Assembly: GCA_963667175.2 (NCBI GenBank)
Contig: CAXXXF010000017.1
Span: 32,001-96,000 of the forward strand
Length of the DNA stretch: 64,000 nucleotides
Reading direction: 5' to 3'
From: Candidatus Latescibacterota bacterium
GTDB lineage: Bacteria; Latescibacterota; UBA2968; GCA-2709665
Within the stretch, counting starts at the first letter, position 1. Each line of letters begins with the position of its first letter. The notes below the pieces were generated by a model. It worked only from the letters and a program-made list of their open reading frames with translations. It had not been told where the DNA came from and did not search any database. Shown one piece after another: positions 31,126 through 41,210 of the stretch. Position numbers and translations under genes: made by a program.

Positions 31126-32484
31126 ATGGAAAAACCGTCAACAGACGCCCGGTTGGTCGCCACAGTGCGTTCGGGCGACCTCGCCGCTTTCGAGACCCTG
31201 GTGAAGCGCCACGGAAATCGCCTCTTCCGCCAGGCGCTGGGTTACCTGCACGCCGACGAAGACGCACGGGATGCGCTTCAGGAGGCATTCCTGAGAGCAT
31301 TTATGCGGCTGGATGCGCTGGAGGATCCCTCCCGTTTTCTACCATGGGTCGGCCGGATCCTTCGGAACCTCTGCCTGAACAGGCTGAGGCAGGTTCGACG
31401 GCGGCTGGCCATGAACGAATCGGCCGGCACGGCGACGGAACCGAAACCACATCGTGACGAACCGGTTCTTCGCAACGAGGCAATACAGGAACTGCTCGCG
31501 TGCCTTCCGGGCGCCAGCGTACGGGCATTCACGCTGCACTATCTCGAGGGATATACCATCCGGGACGTGGCCCTTCGGGTGGGATCGACCCAGGGGGCTG
31601 TAAAACAGCGCCTCTATCGGGCGCGCAGGCAGCTTCAAAAGGAGGTCTTCCGCATGGCACGGGACGAAAGGAGCAGGAACGACCTGCCCGACGGGTTCGT
31701 CGCGCAGACCATCGCCCGTCTCCTGGAGCAGGGACGGACGGATCGTTTGTACTTGAGGACCGATGCGGCTCGGGCCCGGTTCAGGGAAGCGCTGGAAGTA
31801 TGCCCCGACCATCCCGCGGCGATGATGGAACTGGGCCGTACCGGCGACCCGTTCGATGGACCAACCGAGGAAGAAGCGGCAACGCTGCAAAGAGCCGCAA
31901 AGGCGCGGCCGGATTCGATCGAGGTTGCGATGGCGCTCGCTGCCGCGCGGCGGCACGACGCAGACGCGCAGGCACGCGCGGTTGACAACTGCATCGTGCT
32001 GTGCGATGCCCGGCTCTCGCATGCTCCGGATGACATCGTCGCGCTTACCGCGAAAGCGCAGATGTTCCTGTGGAAGCGGGACTTCGAAGCAATGGAGGCG
32101 GTTGCGCGGCGAGCGGCCGGAAACGCCCCCGACAACCAGGAGTGTCTCAACTACCTGGCACTGTCGCTTGCGCGGCAGAAACGATGGGCCGAGGCCTATC
32201 CGCTATATGAGCGGGTGTACAGACTGGACAAAAAGACCGTCTGGGCGTACGTCGCACTCAGGCAGATGGGTACGTATCTGGCATTTCACCTGGGAGATTG
32301 GAAACGGGCCGTGGGCATACAGGAAAAGGTATGGGCGCTTGCACGCAGACCCAACGAAGCCGGCAACCTGATCTATTATTACGGCCGTGCCGGGATGATG
32401 CAAAAGGCCGAAGCGCTGTTCCGCGAGGTCGGGGACCACCGTCATCCGCCGAGAGTCTACGAAATCCTGGGGAGTAACGGTTGA
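31126..32484 (+). CDS. ECF sigma factor with C-terminal TPR-like extension
   Basis: DARDALQEAF..F.PW..ILRN (region 2), EGYTIRDVA..GAVKQRLYRAR (region 4), then helical repeats. Confidence 0.8.
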   Translation: MEKPSTDARLVATVRSGDLAAFETLVKRHGNRLFRQALGYLHADEDARDALQEAFLRAFMRLDALEDPSRFLPWVGRILRNLCLNRLRQVRRRLAMNESAGTATEPKPHRDEPVLRNEAIQELLACLPGASVRAFTLHYLEGYTIRDVALRVGSTQGAVKQRLYRARRQLQKEVFRMARDERSRNDLPDGFVAQTIARLLEQGRTDRLYLRTDAARARFREALEVCPDHPAAMMELGRTGDPFDGPTEEEAATLQRAAKARPDSIEVAMALAAARRHDADAQARAVDNCIVLCDARLSHAPDDIVALTAKAQMFLWKRDFEAMEAVARRAAGNAPDNQECLNYLALSLARQKRWAEAYPLYERVYRLDKKTVWAYVALRQMGTYLAFHLGDWKRAVGIQEKVWALARRPNEAGNLIYYYGRAGMMQKAEALFREVGDHRHPPRVYEILGSNG

Positions 32485-32527
32485 GTTATCCGCGTTGGCG
32501 GCAGGATTCCGCGGCCTCGTTCGGCGT

Positions 32528-34213
32528 TTACGATTGCGTTCCGGCGATATCGATGTTGACCTCAAAGGCGCTAACCGGTACGGATATGCCCCAGTTCTCC
32601 AGGACCTCGGGATGGATTTCGCCGATGATGCCGAAGCCATTCCCGTCCAACCTGATTTCGCCCGCCCGCCCCGGCAGAAACGTGGGGTGCTCGGACGGCG
32701 TGAGGCTGTAGTCGAATCCGAGGTAGTAAGCCAGTGCTTCCAGGTGGCTCTGAATCCCCGAGAGAGTGGCGTCGGCGTGGGCCTCCAGCGCCGCCAGGCA
32801 GATTTCGGTACGGGTGCCGTAGAGCTCGTCCCGCGCGATGACGCAGACTTCGCCCACCTCGAAGATATGATGGGGATACGGGGCTTTCCGGCTCGCGGCT
32901 TCCACGCGGAGAAGCCCGGGCAGCAGGGCGTTCCGAACCGCGCTGTAATTCTCGGACATGGGGTTGGAGATCTCGACAATCCTCGCGCCGGTGTCGCAAA
33001 CGCGCTCCGTCAGGTCGGCGCGCGAGGATAGAATTGGCAGGAAGACTTCCTGGAACCCGCATCCGACCATCAGGCCGCGGATGCGGTCGGAGAGGTCCTC
33101 CTCGGGCGCGGACTTGCCGACGGTGAAATCGTGCGGCAATTCGGGTTCGAAGTTGTCGAAGCCCACGGCCACGATCACGTCTTCGATGAGGTCCACGGGA
33201 TGGAGGATATCGTCCCGGTACGGCGCCGGCCGGGCCCGGACGCGGTTGCGGTCGAGCGCGACGTCCCGGTACCCCATGGCGGCCAGGGCGCGTTCGATGC
33301 TTCCGTTGTCGATGGCGCCGCCGATCACGCGCCGGAGGTCGTCCAGGTCGACTTCGACGGTTTCGGTCATATCCAGAGGGCACCGGATCTCGCGCCCGCG
33401 CGGCGTATCATAAGGATAGATGGTGTTTACGGGCAGGATACGGCCTCCCCGGTCGGCCATGTTGGCGGCCATGATGGCAACGGAAAGCAGCACGGCGTCG
33501 AGTTCGGTTCCGGTGGCCTCGCAGAAGAGAAACGAATCGCCGACCTCCACCGCGCCCGGGTCCCGGCTGTTGATCACGGGAGGCATGGAGAGGACCTCGC
33601 CCCGGCTGTCGGAGATGAGGGGAAAGGCGCCGAAGCCCTCCAGCAGGTGCGCGTACGTCCGGCCCGTGGGGTGTTCGCTCAGGATATCCCGAAGGGTCAG
33701 CCCGGTCTCCATCCCCAGCGGCACAAATCGGGTCGCATCCGGATCGGCCGCGTCGTAGCGGACGGGAAAGGCGAGGTCGGAAGCGTCGTAGATGCCGATG
33801 GCCACGGCGCTTCGACCGCGCCCGTAGCCTTCCGCCAGTTTTTCCTGGGCCTCGATGAGCTGCTCGAGGGCCGCTTCGTCCACCGAGACCCCTTCGCAGG
33901 CGAAGGCGGCGACGTAGGGACGAAGGCCTTCCAGCGCGGGATCCACGCGCACTTCAAGTTCCCCCGGCGGGTCATCGAAAAACCCATAGGGTTCGTGCAC
34001 GCCCTCTCGATGACCCTTGAGCAGCCGGGCGACGCCCTCCGACGACCACAGGTCCGGCCGATTGGTATCCTTCAACTGGATCCTCAACAGGGCGCCGTCT
34101 TCGACCTTGACCTCGGCTTTGACGGCCTCGAGGGCGCGTTCGAGCTCGGGAAGGTCGTAGGTCTGACCCGCGAGCCGTTCGAGGTCTTCCCTGATCACGG
34201 TGATGGTGGGCAT
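32528..34213 (-). CDS. pheT: Phenylalanine--tRNA ligase beta subunit, archaeal/eukaryote-type
   Basis: 561 aa; MPTI, NRPDLWS.EG.AR, SMPPVINS, R.DILHPVDLIEDV; no OB-fold B2 or C-terminal B8 domain evident. Confidence 0.9.
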   Translation of the reverse strand: MPTITVIREDLERLAGQTYDLPELERALEAVKAEVKVEDGALLRIQLKDTNRPDLWSSEGVARLLKGHREGVHEPYGFFDDPPGELEVRVDPALEGLRPYVAAFACEGVSVDEAALEQLIEAQEKLAEGYGRGRSAVAIGIYDASDLAFPVRYDAADPDATRFVPLGMETGLTLRDILSEHPTGRTYAHLLEGFGAFPLISDSRGEVLSMPPVINSRDPGAVEVGDSFLFCEATGTELDAVLLSVAIMAANMADRGGRILPVNTIYPYDTPRGREIRCPLDMTETVEVDLDDLRRVIGGAIDNGSIERALAAMGYRDVALDRNRVRARPAPYRDDILHPVDLIEDVIVAVGFDNFEPELPHDFTVGKSAPEEDLSDRIRGLMVGCGFQEVFLPILSSRADLTERVCDTGARIVEISNPMSENYSAVRNALLPGLLRVEAASRKAPYPHHIFEVGEVCVIARDELYGTRTEICLAALEAHADATLSGIQSHLEALAYYLGFDYSLTPSEHPTFLPGRAGEIRLDGNGFGIIGEIHPEVLENWGISVPVSAFEVNIDIAGTQS

Positions 34214-34268
34214 GCGTGCTCCTTGATGCCTACGCGCGGGATGCGCGCGAATTCCGTTTCCCGGCGCG

Positions 34269-35855
34269 TCAGGTCGCGGCCGGCCTGTTTTCTCTTTCGT
34301 TCCGGATCCGGTCCAGGTCCGTGCTGAACAGATCGCGGATGTCGTCTATGTCCAGGGCGACCATCGCCATCCGGTCGATGCCCAGACCCCATGCGATGAC
34401 CGGAACCTCGACGCCCAGCGGGCGCGTGAGTTCGGGCCGGAACAGGCCGGCGCCGCCGAATTCGATCCAGCCCAGCGACGGGTGCCTGGCCTGGAGCTCG
34501 ACCGAGGGCTCGGTGAACGGGAAATAATCCGGCACAAACCGGCATTCGTCCGACTGCGCGATCTCCAGCGCAAACAGCTTCAGCAGGCCCAGCAGACTCC
34601 GGAAATTGATGCCCTCACCCAGGACGATCCCCTCCACCTGGAAGAAGTCGGCGGCGTGGGTGGCGTCGACGTCGTCGTACCGGAAGCATCGCGCAACCGC
34701 GAAATACTTCCCCGGGACGTTCGGTCCGGAAGCAAGCGTACGGCCCGACAGCGCGGTACCCTGGCTGCGCAGGATGAGGCGGCGCGCGCGGGCCGGACTG
34801 AATTCGTACCGCCAGCCTCGGGAGCCCGTGTCGCCGCCGTCGGCGTGGGCGGCGGCCACGTTGGAGAAGAAAGGTTCTTCGGGCGCATTCGAACGGATGG
34901 GCTCCTTGACGTAATAGGCGTCATGGATATTTCGCGCCGCGTGAAACTGCGGCATGAACAGAGCATCCATATTCCAGAATTCGGTTTCCACCAGCGGGCC
35001 CTTCATTTCCTCGAACCCGAGAGACAGCAGTTTGCGCCGGACACCGTCGAGATAGGCGCGGTACGGGTGCAGGCGGCCGATGAGAATACGCGGGGGCTTG
35101 ATGCTGATGTCGTACCGCCGGAACGAGACGTCTCTCCAGTCGCCCGACTGCAACATCTCCGGCGTGAGGCGGGAGACCTCGTCGCCCGTCAGCCCGGATT
35201 CCAGAATGCGCTCCAGCGTACCCCTACCGGCCGGCGTAAGCCTGTACGTGCGTTCCAGGCGTTCGTCCACTCGGATGGCGGCCTTGCCCTTGCCACGTTT
35301 GCTCGTTCTTTCCAGGATATAGGACTGAATCTCTTCGGTAAAGTCGTCGAGATTCAGCGCGGCACCGTCGCCGGCCTCCCGAAAGCGCCCGAACAGCCCC
35401 GGCACGAGCCTTTCGGTATAGAAGGCGGCTCTGTCGGGATCCGCGATGCGGATGGCGGCGCCGTCCTGCCTGATTGTGCCTTCGGCCTTCAGCCCGCCGT
35501 ATGCGCTGCCCCATTCTCCGCGGTCGAAGCGGGTATCCGCCTGGAGGTGCTTCAACGTGGGCGCCGGCTCTTTATTGGCGCGCAGCAAAAGCGCGGCCTC
35601 CGGCGTCGCACCGATGCCGGCCAGGGCGACCCCCGATTCCGTGAGGCTGACGGTCGAGACCGTGGCTTCACCGGCGACGTCGAGGAGACCCTTGGAACGC
35701 AGCCATTCCAGGGCGCGCCGGACCTGTCCGGAACCGATGCCCGCGGCTTCGGGCAGGACGGCGTCGGTCAGTTCGTGTTCCTCGCCGGACTCGAAGGCGC
35801 GCAGCGTCTTGATTTCGAGGGCGTGAAGGGACGACAGGTCGATCGTTGGATCCAC
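34269..35855 (-). CDS. pheS: Phenylalanine--tRNA ligase alpha subunit, archaeal/eukaryote-type
   Basis: 528 aa with long N-terminus; EFWNMDALFMPQFHAAR, DATH..F.QVEG, YFPFTEPS, GAG.FRPE, AWGLGIDR. Confidence 0.92.
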   Translation of the reverse strand: MDPTIDLSSLHALEIKTLRAFESGEEHELTDAVLPEAAGIGSGQVRRALEWLRSKGLLDVAGEATVSTVSLTESGVALAGIGATPEAALLLRANKEPAPTLKHLQADTRFDRGEWGSAYGGLKAEGTIRQDGAAIRIADPDRAAFYTERLVPGLFGRFREAGDGAALNLDDFTEEIQSYILERTSKRGKGKAAIRVDERLERTYRLTPAGRGTLERILESGLTGDEVSRLTPEMLQSGDWRDVSFRRYDISIKPPRILIGRLHPYRAYLDGVRRKLLSLGFEEMKGPLVETEFWNMDALFMPQFHAARNIHDAYYVKEPIRSNAPEEPFFSNVAAAHADGGDTGSRGWRYEFSPARARRLILRSQGTALSGRTLASGPNVPGKYFAVARCFRYDDVDATHAADFFQVEGIVLGEGINFRSLLGLLKLFALEIAQSDECRFVPDYFPFTEPSVELQARHPSLGWIEFGGAGLFRPELTRPLGVEVPVIAWGLGIDRMAMVALDIDDIRDLFSTDLDRIRNERENRPAAT

Positions 35856-35926
35856 GTGATTGCTCCCTGGAATCGGTGCTCGAGATCGGCCGAAGACGAT
35901 GCGGCCGGACGTCCGGGCCGCGGATA

Positions 35927-36240
35927 TAAAAAAAACCTTCCATCCCCATAGGGACGAAAGGACGTGACGTCTTCCGCGGTACCACCCTATTTGCGCCCTT
36001 CAGGCGCCGCTTGACAGGCGGCCGTTACCGCCCCTCCCTGTTGTCGGCGGGAGACACCGGCGCCGCCTAGTAACGGTTGCCGGTTTCCTTTTTTCTAACC
36101 TGCACTGCAGCCGGCAATCGCATTCAGCGTTGCAGCTCGAGAGGGAACTTCGGCCGTTCATGCCGCGAGGGCGCTTTCAGTCCGGGGCGCCCCCTCCCTT
36201 TCCGGTTGGGGACGGCTTACTTTCCTCCGTCATCGCTTTG
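35927..36240 (-). promoter_or_regulatory. Phe-specific T-box riboswitch
   Basis: Minus strand: AAATAGGGTGGTACCGCG (35992-35975), terminator with T run, Stem I with GA motif, AGGGAG/CTGAAA and GAAG-TTC specifier (TTC at 36147-36145). Confidence 0.92.
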
Positions 36241-36246
36241 GGTGAG

Positions 36247-36275
36247 AACATAGGATTTTGACCATCATCTGTCAA
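36247..36275 (-). promoter_or_regulatory. sigma70 promoter of the T-box/pheST transcript
   Basis: TTGACA, 17 nt, TATGTT immediately upstream of Stem I. Confidence 0.75.
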
Positions 36276-36380
36276 GGGGAAACAATTGAAAGGCGGGGGC
36301 AAAAACAGCTGTTCAGCAGTCAGCCAGAATCGAAAACGAAAATCAAAGGCGGCAACCAGAAAAGCCCGGTTCGCGAAATG

Positions 36381-36406
36381 CGGGCAACCACAAGAGTTGC
36401 CCCTAC
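36381..36406 (-). repeat. GTAG-type REP palindrome
   Basis: Minus strand GTAGGGGCAACTCTTGTGGTTGCCCG: GTAG tetranucleotide plus hairpin. Confidence 0.6.
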
Positions 36407-36871
36407 GGGTACCTCGTTGACGAAGACAATGGCAATTGTGGGCTTATGGCGATTTTAGGGGCGACTCAGGCGCCGCCTCGACGGATTCCGTGCGGCGTCG
36501 ATTTATCCATCGAAACCACGATCCCATTTCGCTCGATATGTTGGTCCAAATCCTGGTTTTCCTCCCCCTCTCCCCCCGGGAGAGGGGGCCGGGGGGAGAG
36601 GTCTGCGTGCTCCCGGGCTTACCGCTCCACGGCGCTGACGTCAACGGGTTTGGCTTTTGCTTCAAGCTGATTGCTGACGGCTGATCGCTGAATGCGAATT
36701 GCTGTTTTTCCCTTTGTGCCTCCGTGTGAGTGTCTTCATGCTTGACGTTGGCGGACGTGCCGCATCCCTGCAAACTGAATATTTGCTTTCCGGGACACCG
36801 GATGTGTATCTTTTGTCTGCGCCGTTTTCGATGAACCGGTTGTTCGACTCCAGGTCCTTCAGGAGTTTCCT

Positions 36872-39800
36872 GTGAAAGACCGACAAGCGCTCTTGCCGCG
36901 GATTTCCATTTCGCGACCGGTCACGGTGGCCATGTGCCTCGTGGCGCTGCTGGTGATCGGTTGCGTGTCCTATGTGAAGATACGCCTTCAGGCCTTTCCG
37001 TCGGGGTGGGAGTGGAAACGGTTGTGGGTGTGGGTGGACAGCCGGGATACGTCGCCCAAGGAGAACGACCAGGAAATTTGCAGGCTGTTCGAGACGTATC
37101 TCGGAACGGTGAAAAACCTCGAGTCAATGCGTACGTGGGCCGGTAAGGACTGGGCGGACGCCGGTCTGAGGTTTCGCCCGGAAACCGACATGTCTCTGGC
37201 CTATAACCAGGTCATGGACCGGCTGGACCGCATGAAACTGGAATTGCCCCCCGAGAAACGCGATAGGACGGGGGTGTGGAAATACAACGAGGAGACCGAC
37301 CAGGAGATCATATGGATGGGGGTGGCCCCGCCGGAGGGGCTGGACGATATCCAGTCCTTCATTGAAGACCGGGTTCAACGACGTCTGGAGCGGATCGACG
37401 GCGTGGCGAAGGTTTCCTTCTGGGGGAGATTCCGGAAAGAGATCATGGTCGTTGTGCTACAGGAGCGCATGCGTTCCCTCGGCGTCCTGCCCGCCGACGT
37501 GGTACAGGCGCTGCAGGGAGAGAACTTCGCGCTGGCCGGCGGTCACCTGCAGGAGGGCGGCAAGAGGTACTTCATCCGCTCCCTGGCGCGGTATAAGGAC
37601 ATGGACGAGATCCGCCGGATACCCGTCAGGCGGTCGAACGGTCTGGAACCCGTCACCGTATCCGACGTGGGAGGCGTGCTGTTCGGAATGCCGCCGCGCC
37701 TGGGATCCTGGAGAATCAATGGCAAGGAAGCCGTCGGGCTCGACGTGTACAAGGAGTCGAGCGCCAACGTCGTGGACGTATCCGTCCGGGTGAGGGAGGA
37801 ACTGGATCGGATCGGCGAGGAAACCGGAGCACAATTCAACGTCATGTGGGATCAAGGCCGGGCGGTGCGGGATTCGATAGACAATATTCGAACGACCGCG
37901 ATCTGGGGGGCCCTGTTCGCCTCCCTGATCCTGCTGTATTTTCTCCGCGCCGTGCGGATGACGGCCCTGATTACCCTGTCGATTCCATTGTGCATCATGA
38001 TGACGATTTCCGTGCTTTATTTTCTGGACTGGTCGCTGAATCTGCTGACTATGATGGGCCTGATGGTGGGGATGGGAATGGTGGTGGACAACGCGATCGT
38101 GATCGTGGAAAACATCTATCGAATGCGGGCAAAGGGAAAGGATGCGCACCAGGCGTCCGTTGCCGGGGCCAGCGAGGTGGGCATGGCCATATCGATGGCG
38201 ACGCTGACCACGGTGGTGGTCTTCATGCCGTTGATGTTTATGACGGGAAGAGCCGGGCTGACCTTTGAACTCACAAGGGTCGGTATTCCGGTGGTCGTGT
38301 CGCTGTTGGGGTCTCTCTTCGTGGCACTGATCTTCATACCCCTTGCGGCGAAGCTTCTGGGGAGGCACGCCGCCAGGAAGGACCCGCGGTCGATCCGGTG
38401 GCTGCGGCGCAGGTACCAGCGCGGCCTGGGGTGGGTTCTGAACCACCGGCGGGATGCTTCGCTTGTTTTTGTTCTCCTGTTTGTTTCCGTCTTCTATCCG
38501 GCGTCGAACGTTAAAGAAACGACAGGACGCGCCCGGGTAACTAACGAGTTTTTCATTCGTTTCAACGCCCCTCCGTTCTTCAAGCGGGCGGAGATGGAGC
38601 GTATCGCGGTTCAGATCGAGGATTTCCTGGACAGCAAACGGGACACCTACCGGATAGAAACCGTGCGGCTGGGATACTGGCGGCAGCGGGGCTTTATCCG
38701 GGTGTATCTGCAAGAAGAACCGAACAGGGACTGGTGGTACCAGTTTTACAAGAGCGTTCGAAAGAAGGCCGGTATTCCCGTAAAGGGGTGGATGACGCGA
38801 GCTGAGGTGATCGAAGACACCAAGAAACACATACCGAAATTCGTCGGCGTGCGGGTGATGGTACAGACGCGGTGGCGCAGTGAGCCGGGAGTGTCGGTTT
38901 ATCTCTACGGAGACGACATCGATCTGCTGGCGCGGCTGTCGGAGGCCGTGCGACAGCGGGTGGAGGCGATACCGGACGTCGTCAGCGTGGACAGCGACCT
39001 GGAATACGCGGAAAAGGAAGTGCAGGTGCTCATCAACAAGGAACAGGCGCACGCGTACGGGATTACCGCACAGGCCGTGGGCCGCAGCATTTCCTACCAG
39101 TTGCGCGGGGTCAACCTGGCGCCGTATCACGACGACGACCGGATGATTTCGGTCCGGCTGTTTATGGACGAAGACGATCGACAGACGCTGGCACAACTCA
39201 AGAAGTTCCCGTTTCGCTCAAAAACCGGTACCCAGATTCCCCTCTCGGCATTCGCCTCGTTCAACGTTACGGAAGGCAGCGGCGCCATTCGGCGCGAGGA
39301 CGGAAAAATGCGGATGCGGGTGCGGGCATTTACAACGCAGGAAGACCTGAAAGGGTTGTGGGAGCAGATCGACCGCGCGATGGTGGGATTCGCCGTGCCG
39401 CGGGGGTATTCCTGGAACAAGGGAGAGACCTATTCCAGGTTCCAGGAGTCCGACGATACGATGTCGTTCGCAATCGCGATGGCGATTACCTGCGTCTTCC
39501 TGTTGATGGGCGTGCTGTTCGAGTCCTTCGTGCTTCCGTTCGCGGTCCTGCTGTCGATCCCCTTCGCGTTTCTGGGCGTGTACTGGAGTCTGTTCCTGAC
39601 GAACACCGTGATGGGGAAAATGGCCCAGATGGGTATCATTCTGCTGATCGGCGTGGTCGTGAACAACGCGATCGTGCTGGTGGATATGATCAATCGGTTG
39701 AGGGGGAGCGGCATGAGCCGATCGGAGGCGATCGAGGAGGCCGGATTCAACCGCTTCCGGCCGATTCTGATGACCACCTTCACGACGGTCTTCGGACTGT

Positions 39801-40006
39801 TCCCGATGGCCGCGGGATCCGCGACCATGCTCGGGACCCCCTACGCCCCGCTGGGCATCACGATGATCGGCGGCCTCCTATCGTCCACGGTCCTGACGCT
39901 TTTCGTGGTGCCGCTGTTCTATACGTATCTGGATGACCTGAGGCATTTTCTGAGGGGGTTTGCAGGGAATGTACTCAAGTCTACGGACCCTGCGAAGTCA
40001 CCGTAG
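36872..40006 (+). CDS. RND/AcrB-family transporter permease
   Basis: 1044 aa; SRPVT, GMVVDNAIV..ENI, TLTTVVVF.P, GVVVNNAIVL.D, R.RPILMT. Confidence 0.92.
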   Translation: MKDRQALLPRISISRPVTVAMCLVALLVIGCVSYVKIRLQAFPSGWEWKRLWVWVDSRDTSPKENDQEICRLFETYLGTVKNLESMRTWAGKDWADAGLRFRPETDMSLAYNQVMDRLDRMKLELPPEKRDRTGVWKYNEETDQEIIWMGVAPPEGLDDIQSFIEDRVQRRLERIDGVAKVSFWGRFRKEIMVVVLQERMRSLGVLPADVVQALQGENFALAGGHLQEGGKRYFIRSLARYKDMDEIRRIPVRRSNGLEPVTVSDVGGVLFGMPPRLGSWRINGKEAVGLDVYKESSANVVDVSVRVREELDRIGEETGAQFNVMWDQGRAVRDSIDNIRTTAIWGALFASLILLYFLRAVRMTALITLSIPLCIMMTISVLYFLDWSLNLLTMMGLMVGMGMVVDNAIVIVENIYRMRAKGKDAHQASVAGASEVGMAISMATLTTVVVFMPLMFMTGRAGLTFELTRVGIPVVVSLLGSLFVALIFIPLAAKLLGRHAARKDPRSIRWLRRRYQRGLGWVLNHRRDASLVFVLLFVSVFYPASNVKETTGRARVTNEFFIRFNAPPFFKRAEMERIAVQIEDFLDSKRDTYRIETVRLGYWRQRGFIRVYLQEEPNRDWWYQFYKSVRKKAGIPVKGWMTRAEVIEDTKKHIPKFVGVRVMVQTRWRSEPGVSVYLYGDDIDLLARLSEAVRQRVEAIPDVVSVDSDLEYAEKEVQVLINKEQAHAYGITAQAVGRSISYQLRGVNLAPYHDDDRMISVRLFMDEDDRQTLAQLKKFPFRSKTGTQIPLSAFASFNVTEGSGAIRREDGKMRMRVRAFTTQEDLKGLWEQIDRAMVGFAVPRGYSWNKGETYSRFQESDDTMSFAIAMAITCVFLLMGVLFESFVLPFAVLLSIPFAFLGVYWSLFLTNTVMGKMAQMGIILLIGVVVNNAIVLVDMINRLRGSGMSRSEAIEEAGFNRFRPILMTTFTTVFGLFPMAAGSATMLGTPYAPLGITMIGGLLSSTVLTLFVVPLFYTYLDDLRHFLRGFAGNVLKSTDPAKSP

Positions 40007-40010
40007 AGGA

Positions 40011-40145
40011 AAAACCGGTGAGACGGGAGTCGTGAGATGGTATCCTTGCCCGATAGGTTCTTCCTTTGTGCCGTCGGCAAGAGACGATAACGGACGGGGC
40101 GGACAATCTCTCCCCTCTCCCGTCTTGCGTCTACCCGCTCCCCGC
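40011..40145. repeat. ~130-bp intergenic element, copy 1
   Basis: AAAACCGGTG-AGACGGGAG..ATCCTTGCCCGATAGGTTC..CGGCAAG..CTCTCCCGTCTT; homologous to 45992-46137. Confidence 0.6.
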
Positions 40146-40188
40146 CTTCAGGAGAGATCACCGCAGTGAAAAACGACGGCACTGGATG

Positions 40189-40554
40189 CTATCCCGGCCT
40201 GTCATCAGGAGGAATGTAGCGGTTGCCCAGTTCCACGTAGTCTTCCCTGACCGGGCTGAAGATGTCCAGCACCACGGCGGGTCCGTCCACGGCCACCGCT
40301 CGATGCGGCACATTGGGCGGGATGAGATAGGCGTCGTCCTTCTCGACCGTACGGGTGACGTCGCCGATCGTCAGCTCGACCCGTCCTTCGAGCATGATTC
40401 CGCCCTGCTCGTGCGGATGATGGTGCAGCGGCACCACCGCGCCTTCGTCCATTTCCAGCAGGGAGATCATGAGATTCTCGCCGTAGGGCGCGCGGATACG
40501 CACACCGGGGGCAAGGTCGTTGACGGGGACGTCGCTCCAGTTGATATGGGGCAT
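40189..40554 (-). CDS. Cupin domain protein
   Basis: PLHHHPHEQ.G...G, IPPNVPH, LDIFSPVREDY. Confidence 0.85.
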   Translation of the reverse strand: MPHINWSDVPVNDLAPGVRIRAPYGENLMISLLEMDEGAVVPLHHHPHEQGGIMLEGRVELTIGDVTRTVEKDDAYLIPPNVPHRAVAVDGPAVVLDIFSPVREDYVELGNRYIPPDDRPG

Positions 40555-40600
40555 GGGGAACTCAGCCGTTTCTTCGACACTCTGGTCCGGGCTCGCAACG

Positions 40601-41110
40601 CTATTGCCCGGCGCCGGGCTTCTTGCCGCGCAGATAGTCCCGCAGGATGCCATGCTTGACGGATTCTCCCGGCGCAGCGTTGGCTTCTGCCTCGATGGCG
40701 CCGAAGAGCTGTCGCGTCATCATCTTCGAGACACTCAGATGCAGCCGCTGTCCCACCGCCGCCACGGGGCCGCCAAGCTGCACGTTGCCGCTGTAGGATA
40801 CCTGCGTCCCGTCGTCCTCGTCGGCGAGGTCGATGCTTCCTTCGCCCTTGACGAACCCGGTCTTGCCCTTCGCATCCACGACCATGCGATAATGTCGGGG
40901 CGGGTCCAGGTCTCCCAGGCGGATCGTGCCGCTGTAACTGCCTCTAATGGGCCCCACGCCGGCGTTGATTTCCAGTTCGTACGTGTTCTCGCCGACAAGC
41001 TCCAGCTTGCGGGCGCCGGGAATGCACCTGGCGAGGGCCTCGGGGTCGGTGAGCAGGTCGAAGACCCGCTGCCGCGGCGCGTTGATCGTATGCGTGCCCT
41101 GCAGTTTCAA
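40601..41110 (-). CDS. coxG: CoxG/SRPBCC family protein
   Basis: L.DPE.LARCIPG, VGPI.G.Y.G, GG.VA.VGQR; in the cox operon. Confidence 0.85.
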   Translation of the reverse strand: MKLQGTHTINAPRQRVFDLLTDPEALARCIPGARKLELVGENTYELEINAGVGPIRGSYSGTIRLGDLDPPRHYRMVVDAKGKTGFVKGEGSIDLADEDDGTQVSYSGNVQLGGPVAAVGQRLHLSVSKMMTRQLFGAIEAEANAAPGESVKHGILRDYLRGKKPGAGQ

Positions 41111-41210
41111 ATGCGCCTCCTCATGGGTTACGGCGGGTCGGTACGCGCTCGCGTGCGCCCGGAGACACTACCGGACGCACGCGAAGATCTGTTCGGATGA
41201 TCTGACGCTT

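Noticed and set aside
36872-40006. Complete tripartite efflux system
   Set aside because: No adjacent MFP or outer-membrane factor gene; only the permease is supported.
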